From: an uncultured bacterium
Lineage (GTDB): Bacteria; Planctomycetota; UBA1135; GCA-002686595
DNA: 64,000 bases
Reading direction: 5' to 3'
Assembly (NCBI GenBank): GCA_943787795.1
Contig: CALSNU010000002.1
Location: 288,001 to 352,000, forward strand
Shown: positions 46,813 to 57,265 of the stretch, piece after piece
Layout: the number at the start of each line of letters is the position of its first letter
How positions within the stretch are numbered: position 1 is the first letter of the stretch
The notes under the pieces: generated by a model
The model's input: only the letters and a program-made list of their open reading frames with translations
What the model was told of the DNA's origin: nothing
Database searches by the model: none
Translations under genes and position numbers: made by a program

Positions 46813-47751
46813 TCACCACGGCGTGGCCCTCAAGAACAGCTGGAGCAGGGCGTGGGCGGCGAGGGCGATCAGCCCGATCCAGCACCACAGCCCGAAGTCG
46901 TCGAGCTGCTCACCGGCGACCTTCTCGAGCTCGGCCACCTGCATCTGATCGATGCGCTTGAACACCGTCTCGAGCGCCACGGGGTCGCCGGCGGCGAACA
47001 TCTCCCCCCCGGTCAGGGAGGCGATGTTGAGCACCTCGCCGGGCACGTTGCCGTCCGCCACGTGGACCCCGTAGACCGTCACGCCGCTCTTCTTCAGCCG
47101 ATCCGCGATCACCTCATCTTGGCCGCCGGAGAGGTCCGACGAGAACCCGTCGGAGATCAGGATGATCATCCGATCTCCCTCCTCGCGGCTCGCCAGCACG
47201 TCGCGGCAGGCGTTCAGCGCCTTGCCGATGGACGTCCCCCCGAACCAGGGCGGCAGGGCGCCCCGCTTGGGGTCCATGAAGGGCGGCGCACAGCGGAAGG
47301 CGCTGGTGTCGTTGGTGAGCGGGCACCAGTGCAGGACGTTGTTCCCGAAGAAGGTCAGCCCGAAGGCGTCGCCGTCCCGGAAGTCCAGGAACTCGTTGAT
47401 GGCCTCCATCGCGGCGTCGTAGCGGGTCCCCTCCCCGAACGAGGCGGTCATGGAACCGGACACGTCCACGCAGAACTGAATGTTGGTGAGCTTGCGCTTG
47501 GTGGAGGGCGCGCCGATCTTCTGGGGGCCAGCGAGGAGCACCACGGCCACCGCGAGCAGCAACGGCGACACGGACTCCGCGAGCCGCAGCAGGACCGAGA
47601 GCCCGAGCCCACGCGACCGCCGGTCGGCCCGGGCGGTGCCGTCAAAGGGCAATGCCAGGCGTCCCCCCTTGCCGGACCAGACGAGGGTCAGCAGCAGCAG
47701 CGGAATCGCCAGCAGGGCGAGGGCCCAGGGGTGACCGAAGCTCAGGCTCAT
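46813..47751 (-). CDS. vWA domain membrane protein (BatA-like)
   Basis: BatA-type N-terminus SFGHPWALALLAIP, MIDAS DVSGSM, GTSIG, ISDG. Confidence 0.9.
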   Translation of the reverse strand: MSLSFGHPWALALLAIPLLLLTLVWSGKGGRLALPFDGTARADRRSRGLGLSVLLRLAESVSPLLLAVAVVLLAGPQKIGAPSTKRKLTNIQFCVDVSGSMTASFGEGTRYDAAMEAINEFLDFRDGDAFGLTFFGNNVLHWCPLTNDTSAFRCAPPFMDPKRGALPPWFGGTSIGKALNACRDVLASREEGDRMIILISDGFSSDLSGGQDEVIADRLKKSGVTVYGVHVADGNVPGEVLNIASLTGGEMFAAGDPVALETVFKRIDQMQVAELEKVAGEQLDDFGLWCWIGLIALAAHALLQLFLRATPW

Positions 47752-48605
47752 CCCCGGTCTCCCCCGGGATCAGGCGTCCCGCGATAGGGGGCGAGGAGCG
47801 CCTCGAGGTCCACGGCGTCCCCCTCTGAGCCCGGGCGGTGGAGCCAGCGTTCGAGCTGGAGGAAGAGCGGTCCGGCCTCCTCGTCTGCGCGGAGCAAGGC
47901 CACCGCCTCGGCGACCGGGGTGGCGCTCAGGTTTCGACGGTCGCGCCAGTGGGCCAGCAGGAGCCGCTCCAGCTCCGCCTGCTGGGCGGTGTCGAGGTCG
48001 CCCGATCGCGCGCGCTCCACCAGGGGCGCGAGTCGATCGGCGAGGGTCAACGGCGCCTCGGGTCCGGCGCTATTGGCCGCGTCCTGGCGTCGGCGCCCGA
48101 CGGTCATGAGCGCCACCAGGCCCGCGGCCCAGAGGATCCCCAGGACGGTCATGCCTGTGCCGTAGCCCCCCACCCCATCCGGCGCGGGGACCTCGAGCTC
48201 GTTGGGCTCGACCACGTCCACCGGCAGCAGGGCCTCGACCTCGATCTTCAGGGTCGGCGGATCCCAAGTGGCGCCCGCCTCGGCGGGCTCCAGCAGGCTC
48301 GCGAGGTTCAGGGTCCCCTCCACCAGGGGGGTCACCTCGAGGTTGTAGCGCCACCCCGAGCCGTGGGGGAAGACGTTGAGCACCCGCACGATGGCGTCCG
48401 CGCGCCCAGGATCCGCCACCGGCTTGGCCCGGAGCCGTGGCCCGGCAATCGGCTGCTCCTCGATCCGCACCCGCATGCCCACGGAGGTGCGGGCGACGGG
48501 TTCAGACTGGGGGGCGCGCGGGGCCGAGGCCCCCAGCGGCGGGGCGCTGGCCGCGAGCGGCGGGGCCAGCAGCGCACCGAGCAGGAAGGTGGTGGCGAAC
48601 ATCAT
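47748..48605 (-). CDS. Exported/membrane hypothetical protein of the Bat-like operon
   Basis: Signal peptide, beta-rich domain, TM helix, C-terminal LERWLH; translationally coupled on both sides. Confidence 0.75.
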   Translation of the reverse strand: MMFATTFLLGALLAPPLAASAPPLGASAPRAPQSEPVARTSVGMRVRIEEQPIAGPRLRAKPVADPGRADAIVRVLNVFPHGSGWRYNLEVTPLVEGTLNLASLLEPAEAGATWDPPTLKIEVEALLPVDVVEPNELEVPAPDGVGGYGTGMTVLGILWAAGLVALMTVGRRRQDAANSAGPEAPLTLADRLAPLVERARSGDLDTAQQAELERLLLAHWRDRRNLSATPVAEAVALLRADEEAGPLFLQLERWLHRPGSEGDAVDLEALLAPYRGTPDPGGDRG

Positions 48606-49492
48606 CGTCCTCCCGCGAGTACGGCGCGGTCCTTGAGGAACAGCCTGAGGGACTGGGCGTAAGGTTGATCGGTGCGGATCAGAAGGTGGTCGATCCCGCC
48701 CCTGCGGAGCTCCTGGCGGGCGGCCTCGGGATCGAAGCGCTGGCGGCGGCCGTGGGTCACGAACTCCGCCCCGCTCTCGGCCTCCTCCGCGCGCAGGAAG
48801 CCCGCGCCGCGCAGCTCGACCTCCGCGGGGTCCTGGAGCTGGAGCACGACGACGTCGTGCACCTGCGCCATGAGCTTCAGGGCGTCCATGGCCTCCGGCT
48901 CGTGCAGGTCACTCAACACGAACACGAGCGCCCGATTGCTGAGCCGGGCGTTGAGCTCCGTGACCCGCCGGGCGAGCGTCGTCCGCTCACCCTCGCTGTA
49001 CGTCCGGAGCTTCACGAGCCACTGCATGACCTCGTCCTTGGCGAGGCTCGGCTGGACCCGCAGGTCGCGCTCGCCGGTCCCCAGGAGCCCTACCGGGCTC
49101 ACCCGATCCAGGCAGGCGAAGGCCAGCCCGCCCGCGATCTGCGCCGCGACCTCATACTTGCTGAGGCGCGTCGAAGAGAGGGTCATGGACCCCGAGGTGT
49201 CGAACAGGATCCACGCCGGCATCCGCTTGGGGGCCTCGTATTCCTTGATGTGCACCTCACCCGTGCGCGCCGTCACGCGCCAGTCAATCGCCCGCACGGG
49301 GTCGCCCGGGACATACGGGCGAGACTGCACGTACTCGAGGCCCGAGCCCAGGAACCGCGAGCGGTCCGTGCCGTGGCTGAGAGTGTCCGCCAGGCGCCGA
49401 ATGGCGACCTGGTAGCGCCGCGTGTCGAGCGGATCAACCGCGGGCAGCGTGTGCTCCGGCGCGGCGCGCCGGGGGGCTCCGGTACGCTCCAT
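48602..49492 (-). CDS. DUF58 domain protein
   Basis: GSGLEYVQSRPYVPGDPVRAIDWRVTAR, KEYE, DTSGSM, LSD. Confidence 0.93.
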   Translation of the reverse strand: MERTGAPRRAAPEHTLPAVDPLDTRRYQVAIRRLADTLSHGTDRSRFLGSGLEYVQSRPYVPGDPVRAIDWRVTARTGEVHIKEYEAPKRMPAWILFDTSGSMTLSSTRLSKYEVAAQIAGGLAFACLDRVSPVGLLGTGERDLRVQPSLAKDEVMQWLVKLRTYSEGERTTLARRVTELNARLSNRALVFVLSDLHEPEAMDALKLMAQVHDVVVLQLQDPAEVELRGAGFLRAEEAESGAEFVTHGRRQRFDPEAARQELRRGGIDHLLIRTDQPYAQSLRLFLKDRAVLAGGR

Positions 49493-49496
49493 GGCC

Positions 49497-50507
49497 TCAG
49501 GCAGCGCCCAGCTCGCCCAGCATCTCCTGGAGGATGACCGAGGTGTCCCGGCCCTCCGCCAGCGCCTCGTAGGTGGCGCGGATGCGGTGCAGGATGACGT
49601 CCTCGGCGAGGGCAAAGAGATCCTCGGGGATCACGTAGTCGCGGCCGTGGATGAGCGCCCGGGCCCGGGAGGCCTTGACCAGCGCGATGCCCGCCCGGGG
49701 CGACGCGCCGAGTTCCAGCTCGGGGTGCTTGCGGGTGCGGTCGACGATCTCCATCACGTGCTCGATGAAGGCCTCGGAGACGTGAACCTTGGAGACGTCC
49801 TCCATGGCACGGGCCAGCTCGTCACGCCCGCCGACGCTGCCCTGGTCCACCATGTCGAACTCGGTCTTGACGGTGGCGCCGCCGCTCTTGTCCCGCTGGA
49901 TACCGAGCTTCGCGTTCCGACGCAGGACCTCCTTCTCGTCCTCGTTGGTCAGGTATTGGAGGCGGTGCAGGAGCATGAAGCGGTCCAGCTGCGCCTCGGG
50001 CAACTCGAAGGTCCCCGCCTGCTCCACGGGGTTCTGGGTCGCGATCACGAGGAACGGAACCGGCAGGCCGTAGTTCTGGTTGCCGATGGTGATCCGCCGC
50101 TCCTGCATGGCCTCGAGGAGCGCGCTCTGCACCTTGGGCGCGGCGCGGTTGATCTCGTCGGCGAGGAGCAGGTTGGTGAAGATCGGCCCCTTGTGCGTTT
50201 TGAACGTCTGGTCCCGCTGGTCGAGGATCTCGGACCCGAGGATGTCCGAGGGGAGCAGGTCGATCGTGAACTGGATCCGCGCGAAGTCGAGGTCCACGGT
50301 CTTCGAGACCGCCGCCACCAGGAGGGTCTTGGCGAGGCCTGGGACGCCCTCCAACAGGAGGTGTCCCCCGGTCAGGAGCGCGATGAGGATCCGCTCCACC
50401 ACCACCTCCTGGCCGACGACCACCCGGCCGACGCGCTCCTTGATCTCGCCCAGGAAGCGGGCCGTATCGTCAAACTGGGGGGCGGGAGGGCGCTCGATCG
50501 TCGTCAT
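49497..50507 (-). CDS. moxR: MoxR family AAA+ ATPase
   Basis: LEGVPGLAKT, RIQFT.DLLPSDI, LADEINRA, ATQNPVEQAGTFELPEAQLDRF, GASPR. Confidence 0.96.
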   Translation of the reverse strand: MTTIERPPAPQFDDTARFLGEIKERVGRVVVGQEVVVERILIALLTGGHLLLEGVPGLAKTLLVAAVSKTVDLDFARIQFTIDLLPSDILGSEILDQRDQTFKTHKGPIFTNLLLADEINRAAPKVQSALLEAMQERRITIGNQNYGLPVPFLVIATQNPVEQAGTFELPEAQLDRFMLLHRLQYLTNEDEKEVLRRNAKLGIQRDKSGGATVKTEFDMVDQGSVGGRDELARAMEDVSKVHVSEAFIEHVMEIVDRTRKHPELELGASPRAGIALVKASRARALIHGRDYVIPEDLFALAEDVILHRIRATYEALAEGRDTSVILQEMLGELGAA

Positions 50508-50949
50508 GGGAAGGGATAGCTGGTGAGGCTCGGCGCGAGGCCGGGCTTCCTGGGGCTGAAACGGGGTCGGATCAGACCCGGCGCCGCTCGGGCAGGGGCG
50601 GGGAGGTCCGATCGGGGTCACATTGCAGCAGCGAGGTCGCCGAGCCAGGGGGCTGAGTCGGGTTCCAGGCGCCTGCGTTCGCCGGGGTCACCGACCCTAC
50701 GCGGCGCGCCGCAGGTGGGTTACGTCCCCATCCTGGATTGTGTTGGCCCGGGCACAGTTTGGCCCGGCTTCGAGCCCGCCCGAAATCCCGCGCCTGTGGC
50801 ATGGTCGGGGCACCCTCCGCCGCTGGCTCATCCCCTGGATTTGCGGAAGTTCTCGAAGATCCCGACCGACAAACGCATGGAGGGCTCGGCCGTACGACTC
50901 GACGGCCACGCTTAGCCCCACGACCACTCGCAACCCAACCACCTCTCCC

Positions 50950-52083
50950 ATGCTCTCGCTTATCACTGCCCTGATTGCAAGCGCGGCGCCCGTTCCGCCC
51001 GCCACCGCACCGCTCACCACCTTCCAAGACGACGACCGCCGCCGGGATGAACTCCGCGCGGAGGCCCGCGATGTCGAGCGGATGATCAAGGAGCTCCACG
51101 AGAGGCTCGGCTGGATCGAGCGAGAGATGGAGGAGCTCGACCGGCACCACGAGGAGCATCACGGCGAGGAGCATCGTGAGCGGCGGGTGATCGTCATGGA
51201 CCTCGGCGATGAAGGCCGCGAGAGGCAGATCCTCATCGATGGGGAACACTCCGAGCTCATCGAGCGGCTCGTGGAGGAACTCATGGAGCGCGAGGAGCGC
51301 CACGAGGATCATCACGACGACCACGGGGATCATGAAGACCATGGCGACCATGATGACCACGACGGACATCACGAGGATCACCACGACGATCATCACGACG
51401 GGCATCACGACGGGCATCACGACGGCCGGGACCACGAGGAGCATCACGAGGTGCGCGGGTTCGAGTTCCCCGGTGGGCACGGCGAGGTGCACATCCGGAT
51501 GGAGATGGAAGGCGAGGACGAGATGGAATTCGACCTCGGGGAGCTCCTCTCCGAGTTCGGCTTCGGCGACCACGACCTGGGGGGCCGAGAGATCCACATG
51601 GAGGTGGAGATCGAGAGCGAGGGGGACCACGGCGAGGAAGGTGAGCACCATGAGCGCCACGTGGAGCGACGGATCATCCACGTCGGTGGCAACGACCGGG
51701 AGCGCGGCGCGCGGCGCCGCGCTCGACGCCTCCCGTCCGGTGGCATCATCGAACTCGAGGCCGTGGACCAGAGCGACGACCTCGGTGGCCTCATCTTTGA
51801 GGCCGGCCCGATCGGCATCGACGTCATCGAGCTCGACGGCTCGGAGTTCATCGAGTTCGGCGACGCTCCGGAGCCTTCGCGGGTCGTGGAGCCGCGCGAG
51901 CGCCGGGAAGAGCGCGGAGCTCGCGGGGGACAGCAGCAGCGCCGCCGAGAGCGCGCGATGGAGCAGCGCGGGCGCGGCATGCCTCCGGAGGCCATGCAGG
52001 CCCTCCGGGAGCTCCAGGAGGAGGTCCGCGCGATGCGTCGAGAGATGAACGAGATGCGTCAGCGCTTCGACCGACGCGACTAG
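50950..52083 (+). CDS. Secreted His/Asp/Glu-rich low-complexity protein with terminal coiled coils
   Basis: Signal peptide MLSLITALIASAA, tract HEDHHDDHGDHEDHGDHDDHDGHHEDHHDDHHDGHHDGHHDG; host codon bias; terminator downstream. Confidence 0.8.
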   Translation: MLSLITALIASAAPVPPATAPLTTFQDDDRRRDELRAEARDVERMIKELHERLGWIEREMEELDRHHEEHHGEEHRERRVIVMDLGDEGRERQILIDGEHSELIERLVEELMEREERHEDHHDDHGDHEDHGDHDDHDGHHEDHHDDHHDGHHDGHHDGRDHEEHHEVRGFEFPGGHGEVHIRMEMEGEDEMEFDLGELLSEFGFGDHDLGGREIHMEVEIESEGDHGEEGEHHERHVERRIIHVGGNDRERGARRRARRLPSGGIIELEAVDQSDDLGGLIFEAGPIGIDVIELDGSEFIEFGDAPEPSRVVEPRERREERGARGGQQQRRRERAMEQRGRGMPPEAMQALRELQEEVRAMRREMNEMRQRFDRRD

Positions 52084-52138
52084 GACTGGACCCAGCTCCC
52101 GGCCCCCCGGGGCCCAGGAGTCCCGCGGGTTCCCGAGC

Positions 52139-52178
52139 AGGGCCCGCGCCGTTCCCGACGGCGCGGGCCCTTGTTATT
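52139..52178 (+). terminator. Intrinsic terminator
   Basis: 14-bp stem agggcccgcgccgt / acggcgcgggccct followed by tgttatt. Confidence 0.8.
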
Positions 52179-52267
52179 GGCTGCCCCCCCACTCGCCCGG
52201 CCGCGCTGCGGCTAGACTGGTGCGCCAAAAAGCCCCGACGAGCAGCCACGCGACCCCCATCACGGCC

Positions 52268-54592
52268 ATGACGATCCAAGCCCAACCGACCCTCGCCGAT
52301 TTCCAGCCCCACTTCGCCAAGTGGGAGATCGTGGGCGACCTGATCGACCAGTCGATCGACCTGATGCTCAACATCCGTCAGAGCGGGCACCCGGGCGGCT
52401 CACGCTCCAAGGTCCCCATGATGGTCGCCACGACCCTGGGCCCGGGGATGCGCTGGGACGTCCGCCACCCGGAGAACCCGTTCGGCGACCGCTACGTGCT
52501 CGTGGCAGGGCACTGCAACCCGGGGACCTACGCGATGCTCGCGGTCTACAACGAGGCCCTCCGCATCATGCATGAGCGGACCGGGGACGATCGCTATCTC
52601 GTGCCCAACGCGGCCGAGCGCATGCTCACCTGGGAGGACCTGCTCCGCCTTCGTCATAACGGCGAGCTCCCCGGCCACGCAGAGATGGAGGGCAAGACCC
52701 TCTTCTTCAAGTTCAACACCGGCCCGAGCGGGCACGGCGCGCCGGCCGCCCTCGGGGAGGCCGTGGCCCTCAAGCATGCGGGCAGCGACACCCGTGTCTT
52801 CGCCGTCGAGGGCGAGGGCGGGCACACAGCGGGCTGCCACCACGAGGTCAAGAACTCCGCCTACGGCCTGGGCCTCGATAACCTGATCTACCTGTTCGAC
52901 TGGAACGACCACGGCATCGATTCGTTCGCCAACTCCGAGGTCGCCCACGGGACGCCCAAGGAGTGGTTCGAGCCCTACGGTTGGCGCGTGGCCGGCGCCG
53001 AGGACGGCCATGACTTCGAGCAGATCACGAGCGCGCTGCTCGAGATCGTCCACGCCGAGGACACCCAGGGCCGCCCCGGCTGCGTCTGGTTCAAGACCCG
53101 CAAGGGCCGCGGCTACGGCATCTATGACGCCGCCTCCCACGGCAAGTCCCACGGCCGCAACTCCGAGGGCTTCTGGGCCTGCCGGGAGGCGTTCGCCAGC
53201 AAGTACGGCGTGACCTTCGAGGGTCACGGCGACACCACCGACCCGGGCGAGGACGGCTGCCGCGAGCAGTCGCGCGGCTGGTTCGAGACCGTGTTCAGCG
53301 TCCTCCGCAACACCGAGGGGCTCGCGGAGTACGTGGCCAACACCCTGCTTGGCCTCGGGGAGTCCATCCCGGCGAAGCCCGAGGGACTGCGCCTGGACCC
53401 CGCCAAGAACATGCACGAGGACCGCAGCTGGCTCGACCAGCTGCCCGAGGAGCTGTTCCTCCCCGTCGGTGCCAAGGCCGCCAACAAGGACGGCTTCGCC
53501 AAGTTCGGCTCCTGGGTCAACAGCCTCGCCAAGGAGCGCATGGGCCGGCCGCTCGTGCTCGCCTGCTCGGCGGACCTCGCCGACTCCACCGCCATCAGCG
53601 GCTTCGCCAAGGACTTCGGAGACAAGAAGAGCTTCGGCTGGTACGAGCGCAACTCGAACACCGAGGGCTCGCTCCTGCCCCAGCAGATCACCGAGTTCAC
53701 GAACGCCGGCCTCGTGGTGGGCGCCGCGACGGTGAACATGAGCGCGACCCCCGAGGACGCCTTCATGGGCTACTGGGGCGCGTGCTCCACCTACGGCAGC
53801 TTCTCCTACCTCAAGTACGGGATGATGCGGCTCTTCAGCCAGCTCGCCCAGGACTGCGAGCTGAAGGTCGGTAAGGTCATCTGGGTCGCGGGCCACTCCG
53901 GCCCCGAGACCGCGGAGGACAGTCGCACCCACTTCGGCATCTTCTCACCGGTGGTCACCCAGCTCTTCCCCGAGGGTCACGTGATCAACCTGCGCCCCTG
54001 GGAGCACAACGAGGTCGCCCCCGCCCTCGCCGCCGCGCTCAAGACGGACGTCCCCATCATCGCCCTGCACCTCACCCGGCCCGGCGTCGTGATCCCCGAC
54101 CGCAAGGCCCTGGGCATCCCGAGCCACATAGAGGCCGCCAAGGGCGCCTACGTGCTCCGCGACTACGACACGAGCCGCCCCAAGGAGGGCACGCTCATCG
54201 TCGAGGGCACCTCGACCATGGAGTCAGTCCTCGAGCTCCTGCCGAGCTTCCACGACGGGAGCGCGCCGAACTGCAAGATCGTGGCCACCTCCAGCTACGA
54301 GCTCTTCATGGCCCAGCCCAAGGAGTACAGGGACACCGTGCTGCACAAGTCGGACTGGCTCGACAGCACCGTCATCTCCAACGGCAGCCGCATCGGGATG
54401 CACCCCTGGCTCTCGACCAAGGTCGCCGAGCAGTACGCCATGACGAGCGACCACGACGATCGCTGGCGCACCGGCGGCTCGATCCCCGAGGTCAAGGCCG
54501 AGGCCAAGATTGACGCCGCGAGCCTCCTCGAGGGCATCAAGCGCTTCGCCGGCGACCGCGAGGAGCGGCTCGGGCGGCTGCACTACGTCTAG
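52268..54592 (+). CDS. Transketolase-family ThDP-dependent enzyme (divergent)
   Basis: SGHPGGS, VLVAGH, LPGH, NTGPSGHG, GW...DGHD, KTRKGRG, SADLADST, HSG...AEDSRTH. Confidence 0.85.
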   Translation: MTIQAQPTLADFQPHFAKWEIVGDLIDQSIDLMLNIRQSGHPGGSRSKVPMMVATTLGPGMRWDVRHPENPFGDRYVLVAGHCNPGTYAMLAVYNEALRIMHERTGDDRYLVPNAAERMLTWEDLLRLRHNGELPGHAEMEGKTLFFKFNTGPSGHGAPAALGEAVALKHAGSDTRVFAVEGEGGHTAGCHHEVKNSAYGLGLDNLIYLFDWNDHGIDSFANSEVAHGTPKEWFEPYGWRVAGAEDGHDFEQITSALLEIVHAEDTQGRPGCVWFKTRKGRGYGIYDAASHGKSHGRNSEGFWACREAFASKYGVTFEGHGDTTDPGEDGCREQSRGWFETVFSVLRNTEGLAEYVANTLLGLGESIPAKPEGLRLDPAKNMHEDRSWLDQLPEELFLPVGAKAANKDGFAKFGSWVNSLAKERMGRPLVLACSADLADSTAISGFAKDFGDKKSFGWYERNSNTEGSLLPQQITEFTNAGLVVGAATVNMSATPEDAFMGYWGACSTYGSFSYLKYGMMRLFSQLAQDCELKVGKVIWVAGHSGPETAEDSRTHFGIFSPVVTQLFPEGHVINLRPWEHNEVAPALAAALKTDVPIIALHLTRPGVVIPDRKALGIPSHIEAAKGAYVLRDYDTSRPKEGTLIVEGTSTMESVLELLPSFHDGSAPNCKIVATSSYELFMAQPKEYRDTVLHKSDWLDSTVISNGSRIGMHPWLSTKVAEQYAMTSDHDDRWRTGGSIPEVKAEAKIDAASLLEGIKRFAGDREERLGRLHYV

Positions 54593-54782
54593 GATCCAGG
54601 GTCCACCGCTGCTCACCGGCCGCGGCCAGCGTGCTACCGTAGGAGAGGAGGCGCCGTCGCCGTGCGCCCTCTCGGTCTGCCCTTGAGCCTCCCATGACGC
54701 CCTACCTGTTGAACCAGACCTTCGCTTGGGCCGCGCGAGGCGAGATCGGGTCGCGATGGTGCGCCTCCGAGGAGATGTGGAG

Positions 54783-56012
54783 GTGACAGAGCACTCCAAG
54801 CTCCTGATGGTGGCGTATGACTTCCCGCCGCGCCTGAGCGCGGGGGTGCACCGCACCCTGAAGTTCGCCCAGCACCTCCCGTCGCATGGCTGGGAGCCCA
54901 TCGTGGTCACGACGACCGCTGGCGCTTACGAGCGTCGGGACGAGTCCGTCTCGCTACCCGAGGGGCTCGAGGTTCGTCGAGCTTGGAGCTGCGACGCATC
55001 CCGGCGGCTCGCCATTGCAGGGCGCTACCTGACCATCACCTGTACCCCGGATCGGTTCAGCAGTTGGTTCCCATTCGCCGTCCGGGCGGGCCGCGCTGCG
55101 ATCAAAGAGCGCCGTCCGGCCGCGATCTACTCGACCTACCCGATCTTCACGGCCCACATGGTCGCGGCCACACTGGCGCGGAGAGCCGGGTTGCCCTGGA
55201 TCGCTGACTTCAGGGATCCCGCACCGGAGCACTACGAGCCGGGCTATCGAGCACCTCGGCTTGCGAGCCACGTAGACCGCACAGCCGTCGAGGAGGCCAA
55301 CGTGTTGATCTTCGCAACCGAACGCATGCGCGGCCTATACCTCGAGCGCTACCCCCACTGCGATCCCAGCAAGGCTGTGATCATCGAGAACGGTTACGAC
55401 GAGGACCGTTTCGTCGAGTTGTCGCGGGCCGGAAGATCGTCTGGCGCCAACTTCGACATCCTGCACAGCGGCCAGATCTACCCCCGCGGGCGAGACATCA
55501 CAGCGCTGCTTGAGGCCCTGGCCCACGGACCGTCCCACACTCCCGATGGCCGGCTAATCCGCCTCCTCCTTAGAGGGACCCGCAGGAACGAGGACCACGA
55601 GAAGCCCCTCGACGAACAGATCGCGCGGCTGCGCCTCCAGGAGAGGGTGATCCTCCTGCCACCGTGCGAGTACATCGAGGCGCTCGAAGAAATGCGCAAC
55701 GCCGACGCACTCATGATCATTCAGGGGCGGCTCTTTGACTTCCAGATCCCCGGCAAGGCCTACGAGTACGCCGCCACCGATCGACCGATCATCACCCTCG
55801 GAGGGCCGAGAGGAGCCACGGCGGCGCTGATGGCGCAGATGGAGAGCAGTGTAGTCGGTGACTGTGACCACCCGACGAGCATCGCAACAGCGCTCCGTGA
55901 ACTGATCAACCTCAAGCCAACACGACGCGATATCTCGGGCACAAGCCGCCAGGAACGCACAGCGGAGTTCGCCACCATTCTAAAGCAGTTCAAGCCGGCC
56001 GCCGCTCGATAG
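54783..56012 (+). CDS. Glycosyltransferase family 4 protein
   Basis: AYDFPP...[27 protein letters not shown]; start approximate. Confidence 0.85.
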   Translation: MTEHSKLLMVAYDFPPRLSAGVHRTLKFAQHLPSHGWEPIVVTTTAGAYERRDESVSLPEGLEVRRAWSCDASRRLAIAGRYLTITCTPDRFSSWFPFAVRAGRAAIKERRPAAIYSTYPIFTAHMVAATLARRAGLPWIADFRDPAPEHYEPGYRAPRLASHVDRTAVEEANVLIFATERMRGLYLERYPHCDPSKAVIIENGYDEDRFVELSRAGRSSGANFDILHSGQIYPRGRDITALLEALAHGPSHTPDGRLIRLLLRGTRRNEDHEKPLDEQIARLRLQERVILLPPCEYIEALEEMRNADALMIIQGRLFDFQIPGKAYEYAATDRPIITLGGPRGATAALMAQMESSVVGDCDHPTSIATALRELINLKPTRRDISGTSRQERTAEFATILKQFKPAAAR

Positions 56013-56035
56013 GGCCCTGGAGAGCGAGAGATACC

Positions 56036-57184
56036 ATGACTCCTATCGACGTGCTGCTTGTCTTCGGGACCCGGCCCGAAGCGATCAAGATGGCGCCTGT
56101 CCATCGCGCCCTTGCCCGCGATAACCGATTCCGCGTCAGGGTCTGTGTCACCGCTCAGCACCGCGAGATGCTCGACCAGGTCCTGACCCTCTTCTCGATC
56201 GAACCCACGTTTGACCTGGACCTGATGCGCCCTGGCCAGGACCTGACCTCTGTCACGACCAGTGCCCTCGAGGGCCTCAAGGGAGTCCTCGAGGAGGCGG
56301 ACCCGGACTTCGTCCTCGTCCACGGTGACACGACTACGACCATGGCCGCATCGCTCGCCGCCTACTACGCCCGCATCCCAGTCGGCCACGTTGAGGCCGG
56401 CCTGAGAACCGGTGACATCTACTCGCCTTGGCCGGAGGAGGTGAACCGGCGCTTGACGAGCTCTATCGCTGCCCTGCACTTCGCTCCGACGGAGAGCGCC
56501 CGGGCCAACCTGCTCCAAGAGGGGATCGACGAGGACCGAGTCGTCGTCACGGGGAACACCGTCGTCGACTCGCTACTGACCGCGATCGAGCAGGTCCGTG
56601 AGACAGACGAGGAGGTCTTCTTGAAGCGCTTCGAGGGGATCGACTTCAGCCGAAGCCTCGTGCTTGTCACGGGGCATCGCCGCGAGAACTTCGGTGACGG
56701 GTTCGAGAGAATCTGCGCCGCGTTGGCGGAGCTCTCGAGGACTCCCGGCGTGGAGATTGTCTACCCCGTTCACCTGAACCCGAACGTCCAGGAGCCCGTC
56801 CAGAGAGCTCTCGGAGCGCTCCAGCATGTCCACCTGCTCGAGCCACAGGAGTACCTCCCGTTCCTGTTCCTGATGGATCGGGCCCGCATCATCATCACGG
56901 ACTCGGGAGGCATCCAGGAAGAGGCTCCTTCTCTCGGCAAGCCGGTGCTCGTGATGCGGGAGACCACGGAGCGCCCCGAGGCCGTCGAGGCCGGAACTGT
57001 GCGCCTGGTAGGCACCGGGACCGACCACATCGTGGAAGCCGCCAGAGAGCTCCTCCTGGATGAAGCGCGGTATCGCTCCATGAGCGCCGCCAGCAATCCA
57101 TACGGTGACGGCACCGCCAGCCTGCGCATTGCAGAGTCGCTCGTCGCCCACAATGTCGCTGCCAGGCCAACTGATGGGGCGTAG
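56036..57184 (+). CDS. wecB: UDP-N-acetylglucosamine 2-epimerase (non-hydrolysing)
   Basis: [47 protein letters not shown]. Confidence 0.97.
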   Translation: MTPIDVLLVFGTRPEAIKMAPVHRALARDNRFRVRVCVTAQHREMLDQVLTLFSIEPTFDLDLMRPGQDLTSVTTSALEGLKGVLEEADPDFVLVHGDTTTTMAASLAAYYARIPVGHVEAGLRTGDIYSPWPEEVNRRLTSSIAALHFAPTESARANLLQEGIDEDRVVVTGNTVVDSLLTAIEQVRETDEEVFLKRFEGIDFSRSLVLVTGHRRENFGDGFERICAALAELSRTPGVEIVYPVHLNPNVQEPVQRALGALQHVHLLEPQEYLPFLFLMDRARIIITDSGGIQEEAPSLGKPVLVMRETTERPEAVEAGTVRLVGTGTDHIVEAARELLLDEARYRSMSAASNPYGDGTASLRIAESLVAHNVAARPTDGA

Positions 57185-57265
57185 AGAGGTCCGACGCCGT
57201 CCCCTGACGAGAAAGCGTGGTCCGACCCTTTGACCCATCTGGCCCAGTCAAAGGAGAATGGAGCG

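Noticed and set aside
50572..51681. 369-aa hydrophobic minus-strand ORF as a membrane protein
   Set aside because: Its Val/Met/Ile runs are the antisense reading of His/Asp codons in the plus-strand gene, which has a signal peptide and terminator.
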